64,000 nucleotides of DNA, taken from positions 64,001-128,000 of the IMG/VR virus record IMGVR_UViG_3300045988_170206, one strand, 5' to 3'. The stretch's first letter is position 1. Every line of letters starts with the position of its first letter. A program made the position numbers and the translations under genes. Below are positions 1-8,300 of this stretch, piece after piece. Source of the DNA: a virus. The notes beneath the pieces are model-generated. The model was not told the origin of the DNA and searched no databases. It saw only the letters and a list, made by a program, of their open reading frames with translations.

Positions 1-573
1 GATGACCTCCACGCTCTTCGAGAGCGTGAAGATCTTCTTGAAGGTCTCTCCCTTTCCGGTCTCGCTGGGCGGGGCGAGGAGAGTCACGTCCCAGGTGATC
101 TCCAGAGACTCCGGCTTCTTACGCAGGAGCTTCGCAACGAGTTCACGCCCGACGAAGACGGCGTAGTGGAAGCTCCACAGTGTCGTCTCGGACTGTGCCT
201 TCGTCGCAATGGCAGAACTGGGGCGTGTTGCCGACATGGCGAACTCTCGGTCAGCGAGAGGCCCTGCGGCGTACAGGTGAGTTGGTTCACCAGCTGCGAG
301 GCCCTGGGGTGCCCGGAAGATGATCGAGCGGAGCTCGTTGGGCTTGCCATTCACCTCGTCGGCGACGTACTGCTCTGGGATTACGTAATCGTCCCCGATG
401 GCCGCGAAGGCGTTGGGGAGGATCGTGATGGGGCTGGCCTTGCCGTTCACGAGGACAGCAACTCGGGTTTCCGAGTTGCCGAAGTCGATAACCAGGCGCG
501 CCTGCACCTTGGTCTTGGTCTGCTCACTCACTGCGCTGCCTTTCTGTCGGTTTTTCTGCGCTGTTTGCATCAT
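1..573 (-). CDS. actin-fold ParM/Alp-like ATPase, N-terminal 191 codons (ORF continues beyond the left edge)
   Basis: Own minus-strand translation from ATG at 573: MMQTAQKNRQKGSAVSEQTKTKVQARLVIDFGNSETRVAVLVNGKASPITILPNAF... It stays open to base 1. IDFGNSETR resembles the phosphate-1 loop (DxGxxxT/K) of actin/ParM-fold proteins. It is absent from the ORF track because there is no stop in the window. Confidence 0.5.
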   Translation of the reverse strand, partial: MMQTAQKNRQKGSAVSEQTKTKVQARLVIDFGNSETRVAVLVNGKASPITILPNAFAAIGDDYVIPEQYVADEVNGKPNELRSIIFRAPQGLAAGEPTHLYAAGPLADREFAMSATRPSSAIATKAQSETTLWSFHYAVFVGRELVAKLLRKKPESLEITWDVTLLAPPSETGKGETFKKIFTLSKSVEVI

Positions 574-601
574 TTTATCGGTAAATGGCCTGTCTGTGTG
601 T

Positions 602-1441
602 TTAGGCGCGTCTGTGTCGTTGATTAGCGACGTTCGCTTCGAGAGCTCGGGCGTTGACTGTGGCGTTGCTGAGTCCCGGCATGAGGAGTTCTCGGGTGAG
701 GGTTCCTTTCTCCCACCCTTCTTGGATGCGGGCTATCTGAGTGCCGGAGTACTGGAAGCTACCGTCCTCGTTCTGGGAGGAGAGCTGCTGCATGAGGCCG
801 GGAACCGTGTCGGGGATGCGTGTGGCGTACATGTCGGCGAGTGCTTCGAGGGTGTCGGCCTGGCTGTTCCTCGTGAGGGGCAGGTCGGCGAGGATTGGTG
901 CCCGGCTGATCTGGTGGAGTTGTTCCTCGTTGAGGCCTGCGCGCGCGAGGCTGGGGCGCGCGAGGCTGAGGAGGGAGCGTAGGGCCGTGTCGGAGGAGAT
1001 GCCCGCGTTGAGGTAGGGCTTGATGTCCATGCCTTGTGCGAGGGCGCTCTCGTAGAGGGAGAGCTGGGTTTCGCGCATGTACCGGAAGTCGCATCCTGTG
1101 GTGGGGTATCCGCGCGCTGTCCATTCGAGTACTGCTGCGAGGACGGGAACAGTGAGGCCCATCTTGAGGAAGGGCCTGAAGCTGTTGAGGTTGCCCTGGT
1201 TGTGGGCGTGGTTGCGGACGATACGCAGGATGGGGGCGGGGAGTACGAAGAATGGCTCGGGGATGGTTTCGAGCATGGCGAGCCGGATCTGGTGGAGGTC
1301 GTCGGGATCTCGGTCGATGTAGGGCATGATCGGGGTGCCGTCGAAGATGGCGCTGCGTACCTCGTCGAGGATGTCGAGGGGGTAGCCGGTGAGGATTGCT
1401 CGGTAGTTCTCGAGCGTGAGTTCTTTGCCTGCATACTTCAC
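602..1441 (-). CDS. hypothetical protein (279 aa)
   Basis: ORF 602..1687 trimmed to the GTG at 1441, which overlaps the TGA of the upstream gene (GTGA). The 82 codons upstream are R/P/H-rich and look non-coding. No family motif recognised. Confidence 0.6.
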   Translation of the reverse strand: MKYAGKELTLENYRAILTGYPLDILDEVRSAIFDGTPIMPYIDRDPDDLHQIRLAMLETIPEPFFVLPAPILRIVRNHAHNQGNLNSFRPFLKMGLTVPVLAAVLEWTARGYPTTGCDFRYMRETQLSLYESALAQGMDIKPYLNAGISSDTALRSLLSLARPSLARAGLNEEQLHQISRAPILADLPLTRNSQADTLEALADMYATRIPDTVPGLMQQLSSQNEDGSFQYSGTQIARIQEGWEKGTLTRELLMPGLSNATVNARALEANVANQRHRRA

Positions 1442-2088
1442 TGGTCGGTGCCTTTCGTCGTGGTGGTGAGCGCTGCGCGTCGCTGGGCTGTGGCGTGCAC
1501 GAGTTCGTCGAGCACATGAGGGTAGAGGCTGCACATCCAGGAGCGGTTGGTGCTCCACCCGTCGGTGGGATGGTGGAGTGCTGTGGGGATGCGGGCGGCG
1601 TTGAGGCTTTCGAGGTAGGAGGTGACTGCGGCGTGAGGGCTGAGGTCTTTGTAGTGGAGGCGCGCTGTGGGTGGCATGTTGGCCCACGTGTAGGAGCCGT
1701 CGTGCTGCTGCTGGAGTTGCTGTGCGGTTACGTCGAGGATGAGTGCGTCGTAGGCCAGGCCTCGGGTGGCTTCAGCGGCGCGGGTGCCATTGCTCGAGCG
1801 GGGGCTGGTGATGGCGACGGCGAGGACATGTCCGTCGTCGTAGTGGAGGGCGTATTCGTCCTTCTTGATGGTGCGGGCCCCTTCTCGGTTGTAGATGGGC
1901 AGGGGGATGGTGGCGAGGCGCGCGAGAGTGTGCAGGCGAGCGAAAGACGGGTGGGCGCACAGGTCGATGCGGGCCGTTCGTTCGACGGTTGCTCCGGCGC
2001 GTCGGCACGTGGAGTAGGCGACGTGGCCGCGGTGTGGGGCGTGGACCGTCGTGTATGGGGTGGAGCTGATGAGCTCTCGGAGGTTCAT
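1438..2088 (-). CDS. hypothetical protein (216 aa)
   Basis: Long ORF with ordinary amino-acid composition. It has a 4-nt start-stop overlap with the neighbouring gene on each side (operon). Confidence 0.65.
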   Translation of the reverse strand: MNLRELISSTPYTTVHAPHRGHVAYSTCRRAGATVERTARIDLCAHPSFARLHTLARLATIPLPIYNREGARTIKKDEYALHYDDGHVLAVAITSPRSSNGTRAAEATRGLAYDALILDVTAQQLQQQHDGSYTWANMPPTARLHYKDLSPHAAVTSYLESLNAARIPTALHHPTDGWSTNRSWMCSLYPHVLDELVHATAQRRAALTTTTKGTDQ

Positions 2089-3110
2089 TCGTCGTTGTCC
2101 TCAGTGGCTAGGTGTCGTGTCGCTTCGAGCTGTACTCGTTGCGCGAGGTCGGGTGGGGGGAGTTCGCCGTGCGTGTCCCAGGCTGGCGGTTGTCCGTTGA
2201 GGGCTTCGGCGTTCTCGAGCTTGAAGCGTTCACGGTCGAAGTCGATGCCGCGCTGGGAGAGCGCCCAGTAGGCGAGGTCTACCTCGGACAGGATAGTGGG
2301 CGTGAGCTGTCCATCGCGGGTGACGACTGTGGGCACGGTGTTGGTCTGGTCGATGGGTTCGATCATGTACGGCTCTTGGTAGCCGAGGTAGCCGACGGCG
2401 CAGTCGGCGAGATGGTAGGAGGCATCGTGGGGTTGGGGCGGGGCGATGAGGTCTGTGTACTTCCACCTGTCGGCGAGGGGGATGTTGCACAGGTCGGTGA
2501 TGGAGTCTTCGATGGTGCCGTTGATCGGCCAGGCCTGTAGGTCCAGCTGGTCGCTGGTGGCGGGGTCGTTGCGGACAACGGCGAGGGTGCAGCCAGTGAG
2601 GCGCGGGTAGGAGCCTGCCGTTGAGGCGGTGGAGAGGCGCGAGTGGACGACGACGACGCTGCCGGTGGTGAACCAGGCGGCGGCGCGTTTCTCTTCGACG
2701 GTGGCCGGGCGGAACGTGTCGAGCTCGCGGGTGACTCCCTGCCAGAGCACATAGTCGATGTCCCTGTAGGTCGCGTTCGTCGTGTCGATGTCGATGTCGG
2801 GGTTGTTGAGCTGCCAGAGGAGGAGCGCGAGCGGCTGGAAGATGCGTCGGTTCTTCACGTGCGCGACCGGGGGCGTGATGAGCGCTCGCGGGGTGGGGGT
2901 GGTGCGGGCCCAGTGGGCGAGGCCGCTCATGTAGGCGGTGACAGTCTGTGCGTCGGTGAGCTTCGGCTCCGTGGAGACGGTGACGGTCGTCGTGTCTCCC
3001 TCACGGGTGAGGGTGGCGCGCTTGTGGGGGCGCTTCTCAGTGTGGAGTAGGGTCTCCCACTGCTGTTTGTAGGGGAGTGCTTGTCGGGCTTGGGTCTGCG
3101 GGTTCATCAT
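2085..3110 (-). CDS. hypothetical protein (341 aa)
   Basis: Long ORF, translationally coupled to both neighbours (ATGA overlaps at 2085-2088 and 3107-3110). No motif recognised. Confidence 0.7.
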   Translation of the reverse strand: MMNPQTQARQALPYKQQWETLLHTEKRPHKRATLTREGDTTTVTVSTEPKLTDAQTVTAYMSGLAHWARTTPTPRALITPPVAHVKNRRIFQPLALLLWQLNNPDIDIDTTNATYRDIDYVLWQGVTRELDTFRPATVEEKRAAAWFTTGSVVVVHSRLSTASTAGSYPRLTGCTLAVVRNDPATSDQLDLQAWPINGTIEDSITDLCNIPLADRWKYTDLIAPPQPHDASYHLADCAVGYLGYQEPYMIEPIDQTNTVPTVVTRDGQLTPTILSEVDLAYWALSQRGIDFDRERFKLENAEALNGQPPAWDTHGELPPPDLAQRVQLEATRHLATEDNDE

Positions 3111-3880
3111 CGGCGGGCCTCATTTCGGAGCTTCTGGGCAAACATGTACTGGTCGTTCGAGTTGCCGCCGGTGCCGGTGATGAGTGCTGCGACGTAGGCG
3201 AGAGTTCCCGCGTCGAGGGCGTGGAGTTCGTCGTGGATGCGAGCCTTCGAGAACTGCATGACGTAGGCGAGGGTCTGCTGGAGCAGCTCGATGTCTGGCG
3301 AGGCCGTGGAAGTCGTGCCATTGGTCGCTGCTTTGAGTTGGGCGATGAACTCGGAGTCGAAGTAGTCCTCGAGGCTCCCGGTGCCGGTGTCGCGGGCGAC
3401 GGCGCGGTCGAGGGTGCGGGCGGCGGCTGCGAGAGAATCGGGGGTGTCGGTGGTGATGAGGGTGAGGAAGTTCTTCCCGAGGCGAGCTTCGACTTCGCGC
3501 AGTCCTTTTTCGACTTCGATGCGCACGGTTGTCTCTTTGCGGTTGAGGTGCTTGCCGATCTCCTCGTAGCTCATGCCTTTATGGGCGAGCGCCCCATCGG
3601 GAGTGCCGGGGATACGGAGCCGGATTGCCTGCGGGTAGAGGCGGGTTTGCCGGTAGGACGCTCCCCTGATGTAGACGACGGTGCGGTTGATGAGGGTTTG
3701 CGCGTCGGCGGACAGGGTATGCGCGTTTGAGACAAGCCTCGTTAGTTGCGTGTAGAACCTCGCCACGATGCTCTCCTTCTGACCACTGATTGAGGGGGTG
3801 ATCGTTGATGTGGGAAAAACCATCGTTTTTTGTCCACGCGCTTTTGCTGGCGGCGTTTTGGGCCTCCTGGAGGGGTTCAC
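3107..3880 (-). CDS. HTH DNA-binding protein (sigma-70 region-4 / LuxR-like helix-turn-helix)
   Basis: The segment HKGMSYEEIGKHLNRKETTVRIEVEKGLREV looks like a region-4/LuxR-type HTH. It is the first gene downstream of the iteron array. Start is uncertain (GTG 3880 or ATG 3823). Confidence 0.55.
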   Translation of the reverse strand: MNPSRRPKTPPAKARGQKTMVFPTSTITPSISGQKESIVARFYTQLTRLVSNAHTLSADAQTLINRTVVYIRGASYRQTRLYPQAIRLRIPGTPDGALAHKGMSYEEIGKHLNRKETTVRIEVEKGLREVEARLGKNFLTLITTDTPDSLAAAARTLDRAVARDTGTGSLEDYFDSEFIAQLKAATNGTTSTASPDIELLQQTLAYVMQFSKARIHDELHALDAGTLAYVAALITGTGGNSNDQYMFAQKLRNEARR

Positions 3881-4285
3881 CGCCGGTTTGGAGGTGCGCG
3901 TGGACTCAAAATGATGTCTGAAACCATCATTTCACGATCAACATTTTTCATCACTTTGAGCGGTCGGAGGGTCGCAGATTGAGATGCGGGTCGGGCGTTG
4001 GGGACGCGGTAGAGGTGGCTAGAGGGGGTTGTTGGCGCGGCGACGCGAGAGTCAGGAATGGGGTGTTTTATCGGGGTTTGTCCAGTTGTGCCACTGCCGG
4101 GTGCTTGTCGGTGGGATGTAATCCCCGCCTGTGTGGACCTATAGTTGCGCCGTGTATATCCTCGCTTCTCTCGGTGGGAACTGGCTCTAGTGCTACCTAG
4201 ATGTCCGCTAGTACACCCCTGAACTATGTCTAGTGCAACCATGATCTAGGCATGGTTAACCTGGATGTCGATAGGTTCAACCTAT

Positions 4286-4331
4286 ATCTTCTATATTGCG
4301 TGTGGACCTAGCCTCTGGTAGTACCAAGAAC
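4286..4331 (+). repeat. 46-bp direct repeat, copy A (atcttctatattgcgtgtggacctagcctctggtagtaccaagaac)
   Basis: About 41/46 identical to 4521-4566 by hand alignment. It lies inside the iteron array. Confidence 0.85.
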
Positions 4332-4520
4332 TAGCTCTAGTTACACCTGTATCTACGCAGGGTTAACTTGGATGTCGATAGGGTTAACCTGTATCTCGAC
4401 AGGTACAACCACTATCTATGTTTTCTCGTGCTGATCTAGGCCTAGGTACAACCTCTATCTGCGCAGGTATAACCTCTATCGCTACAGGTACAACCGTTAT
4501 CTCGGTCAGGTGCAACCTGT

Positions 4521-4566
4521 ATCTTCGATATTGCGTGTGGACCTAGGGGCTAGTAGTACCAAGAAC
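4521..4566 (+). repeat. 46-bp direct repeat, copy B (atcttcgatattgcgtgtggacctaggggctagtagtaccaagaac)
   Basis: Direct repeat of 4286-4331, 235 bp downstream of it. Confidence 0.85.
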
Positions 4567-4748
4567 CAGGTAGAGGCAACCCGGATGTCGGGAGGGTCAA
4601 CCTAGATGTTGGCGGCGGTGTACCTGGATGTGGGTCTAGTGCTACGCGGATGTGGCGCTAGGTGCACTTCCTTCCCTGTGTGAGCATAAGGAGCGGCCCC
4701 TCGCTCGTGGTTATGAGCCGAGGGGCCGACTTGTTGGAGTGGAAGGTT

Positions 4749-5066
4749 CTAGCGTGAGCACTCCGTGGCGTGGGAGTAGATCTTTGCGAGGTCGTCGGGT
4801 GCGACGTTGGCGAGCGAGTGGGTGTCTTGGATCTGGGAGATGGCTACGGGGTCGAGGTCGCTCCATGATTTCTCAACCATGCACTGTGTGGTGGTGGCCG
4901 TGTACTCGCCGAGGCCAACGATGCCCTCGGGCACGTAGGAGCTGGTCCACGGGTGCCAGAGGGTCACGAGGTAGATGACGGCGGCTGCTAGGAGGATGGA
5001 GAGGATCGACTGGACGATGCCGCGGGTTTTGTGCGCCATGCGGAATGGCGTGAAGATGCTGAACAC
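4749..5066 (-). CDS. small membrane protein (105 aa, one N-terminal TM segment)
   Basis: Hydrophobic stretch IVQSILSILLAAAVIYLVTLW. GTG start at 5066, preceded by GAAAGG at ~9 nt. Confidence 0.6.
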   Translation of the reverse strand: MFSIFTPFRMAHKTRGIVQSILSILLAAAVIYLVTLWHPWTSSYVPEGIVGLGEYTATTTQCMVEKSWSDLDPVAISQIQDTHSLANVAPDDLAKIYSHATECSR

Positions 5067-5078
5067 GGCTGGGGCCTT

Positions 5079-5318
5079 TCAGTTGTTGCGCACGGTGTAG
5101 CGCAGTGGGTGGCGGTCGTGGATGAGGACGGGGCGGGCGAGTGCTTCCTTGAGGCGCTGGTGTGCGTTGTTGAGTTCTTGGAAGGCGTGGGGGTCGCCGC
5201 CCCTGTCGGGGTGGAGGGTGCGAGCTCGGGCGCGGAACGCTCGGTTGAGGTCGGCGAGGGTCGCGGTGGAGGTCACGCCGAGGAGCTTGAGGTCGTGGGG
5301 GTTAGGGCGGGGGGTCAT
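5079..5318 (-). CDS. J-domain (DnaJ-like) protein, J domain only (79 aa)
   Basis: LLGVTSTATLADLNRAFRARARTLHPDRGGD contains the diagnostic HPD tripeptide in a J-domain helix II/III context. 4-nt overlap with the upstream 1526-aa gene. Confidence 0.8.
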   Translation of the reverse strand: MTPRPNPHDLKLLGVTSTATLADLNRAFRARARTLHPDRGGDPHAFQELNNAHQRLKEALARPVLIHDRHPLRYTVRNN

Positions 5319-8300
5319 GCTTGTTCCTTGTTCTTCATCTGCTGGCGGTAGTTGGCGATGCCGCCGCCGATCATGGAGGCGAGGCTGCGCACGCCCCTGG
5401 ATGCGACGTTGGCGGCTCCCATGGCGAGGGTGCCGGTGAGGCCTGCGGTGATGCGCCAGGTCTTGCTCAGGCCTCCGAGGTCGGTGCGCTGCCAGGTCTT
5501 GCGCGTGTAGTCGCTGGCGTTGCGTTGGCCTGTGGAGAGGATGTGCGTGGCGGCGGACATGGCGCGCTGCATTTCGTCGTAGCGTCGCACGCCTGATGGT
5601 GTGCCGTTGATGGTGCTCCAGGTCTGGCGGTCGAACTCTTCGCCTTCGATGCTGATGTGCTGGAGGAGCGGCATGTCAGCGAAGAGCTGGGAGATTGACG
5701 AGTCGGGCTTGTACCCGAGGTCGGGGCAGACGTAGGAGCAATAGAAGTCCCAGGAGTCGAAGGACAGTCGGCGCAGGTTGGGCATCTCCCGTAGGACGGT
5801 CCAGTTCATGATGGGCGCGATGTTGGAGGAGCGGATCGCGTCGGTCATGTACGGGGGGATGACTTGGTTGTTGCGCCAGTCGTCGGTTACCTGGGTGCGG
5901 TAGGCGACTCCGTTCATGATGATGGTTTCGCCGACGACTCCGACGCGCTTGACGCGAGCCCAGGTGCCGGCCCATTCGTTCATGTCGGCGTAGAGCGCTG
6001 CTTGCACTGCGTCGGGGGTCATCTCTGTGGGGGTGATGGTGCGGGGGGTGCTGGTGTTGAACTCGTAGCCGCCGCCGGTGGTGGGTCGCACGGGGCTGGT
6101 GGAGTAGTCCCATGTGGGGGCGGGCGCGTCGGGTTCGTCGGGCATGGCCATGCGGTCGGCGTTGGGGTCGGTGGTGTCGTCCATGTCGGGGACGGTGGGG
6201 GCCGGGGGCATGGGTGGCGGTGGGGGGACAGGTGGGATTGGCGCAGTGGGTGTGGCGACGGTCGGGGGTTGGGGGATCGCTGTGTGCGCGTCTTGGGTGT
6301 CGCTGGCGGCGCGCTCGGCGGCTGGCTTATCGTCGTCGCCGGTGAGGCCGCTCATGTCCCACTCTTCTGCGTCGCTGCCCGCGAGCGCGAAGCCGCTGTT
6401 GGTGTCTTCTGACTCGAAGGCCTGGGGGTAGACGTGACGGAATAGGGTGACGGACTGGGGATCGTACTCGTAGCCCTGGAAGACGTTGTAGATGTCCTCG
6501 ACGGAGGCGATCCACTGCGGGCGCAGGTCGGACACCCATTCTTGCCAGGTGCCCTCGTAGCCGAGTTTGCGGACGGTGAGGTTCGCTGCGTCGGAGAGCT
6601 TCTGGAGTGTGGCCGCGGCTTGCTCGCGGGTGACTCCGGCTTTCGCGAGGTAGCCCTCAAAGCCGAGGGAGGGGTCGAGCTCGCCGGTGTCGGTGGACAC
6701 GTCGCGTCGGACGGCTTCTACGTCCACGCCTGCACTCTTCATGTAGGAGATGGAGTTGTTCCAGCAGTAGCCGTCTTCACTGCCGTCGGCGAACAGGAGG
6801 CCGGGGCGCAGGTAGGTGGCGGTGCGCGCGACGGATTCGTCGCCGTTCATGATCTTGTGGATGTTATCGCCGCTGAATCCGGGGAGGTAGGCGAAGCATC
6901 GCATGGTGGAGGACAGCTTGTCGGAGGCGTAGGAGCCGGGGGTGAGCTGGTTCAGGTAGTTGCGTCCAGGGTGATGGCCGATGAGCACGTCGGTCTTGCC
7001 GATGGAGGCGTAGCTGTAGATGAAGTTGTCAGCCTCCTTGAAGGGGATCGAGATGTTCTTCGTGCTGGCGTTGAGCGGTTTGCCTGCGGGGAAGAACTGG
7101 CCGATGTCAGTGACGGGGTTGACGGGATCCTGGCCGATCATGAAAACGCGGGAGCGTTTGGCTTCGGCGTTGTTGAAGCCTGCGTTGCGTAGCTGGGATA
7201 GTTTCTCGAAGGAGCGGCGCATCATGAAGTACATGCTGGTAAACCACAGTTCGCCGGGGTTCACTTCCTGCTTGGGCTTCTTCTTGTCGTCGAAGTCGGA
7301 CTGCTCCCACGCGACCCACTCGGACTCGTAGTTCGTGTAGCACATGTGGCCTTGCATGTTGGACTGGAAGAACGTCTGGATCTGCTGGTTCGTGTTACTG
7401 ATTTCATCGAACACGATGCAAATACCGTCTTTTCCGCCTAGTTGTTCAGCGATTTCGGGGCTGATTGTGCGGGCTGCGAGCATTCCGAGCGCGAGGATCA
7501 TGTATCGCAGGTAGACGACGGTGCCGAGGGTGCCCGTGTAGCCGGGGGCCCACGCGAGGTTGTTCTTGTTCAGGTACTCGGGGATGTGGGCGCGGGCTTC
7601 GAGCTCGGCGACCTTTGCTGCCGTGTACTGCATGAACATGTCCGTACCCTCTTCGGGGTTGCTGGCGATGTTCGAGCCGTTGATGACGAAAGCGTCGGGG
7701 TTGATCGACAGGAGAAGAGAGGCCATGTCGGGCTTGTTGTCGCCCAGGCCCGGCGCGATGCCGGCGATGAGGTGCATTGCAAGGATCGTCTGCGTGGTCA
7801 GGCCCTTACCGGATCGGGAGCCCGCGAAGATGCCGTGGCTGGTGTGATCGTTGAACTGCCTGATCTCCTTGCCGGTGGTCACTACGTCATCATCGAGGCC
7901 GATGCCGAGGATCATGTTGCTGGCGCTGGGCTTGCGTCCCTGGCGTTGCATCGCGTCGAGGATCTTGCCTGCCCACACGGGTGAGGCGTTGGCGAGTACC
8001 TTGTCCATGTCGTGCCGGAACTCCCAGAAGATCCCCTCGTTGATGGGGTCGTAGTTCTGGGCTGTTGTGCCGCCTGCGAAGCCGAGGGCTTCGACGATGG
8101 CGCGCTCGACGATGTTCTCGCTGAAGCCTTCGTAGGGGGTGAGGACTCGGACCTTGACCTTGACGGGGATGTTGCTCGGGGAGTTGTCGTAGGCGGAGAC
8201 GAGGACGCACGTCGTCATGGCCTTGTAGATGCTCTCGAGCGCGCCGACGACCTTGGTCATCATGGAGGGGTCGTGGTAGGCGAGGCCGTTGTCGGCTTCG

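Larger units (their letters stand above)
4188..4653. repeat. array of ~17 degenerate 16-bp iterons, consensus roughly (A)GGTnCAACCtnTATCT / GGTTAACCTGGATGTC, spaced ~21-23 bp
   Basis: Copies read by eye start at about 4188, 4209, 4230, 4254, 4274, 4338, 4361, 4382, 4402, 4445, 4466, 4487, 4509, 4574, 4594, 4618 and 4637. The region is visibly less GC-rich than its flanks and has no credible ORF. Confidence 0.85.

Noticed and set aside
3877-4242. 121-aa minus-strand ORF extending into the iteron region
   Set aside because: It has no SD and a Ser/Thr/Arg/Pro-rich composition, and it overlaps the repeat array. It is most likely non-coding.
4188-4653. Possible CRISPR array
   Set aside because: The repeats are only ~16 bp, degenerate and spaced ~21-23 bp apart with essentially no unique spacers. 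No cas genes are present in the window. The pattern fits iterons, not CRISPR.
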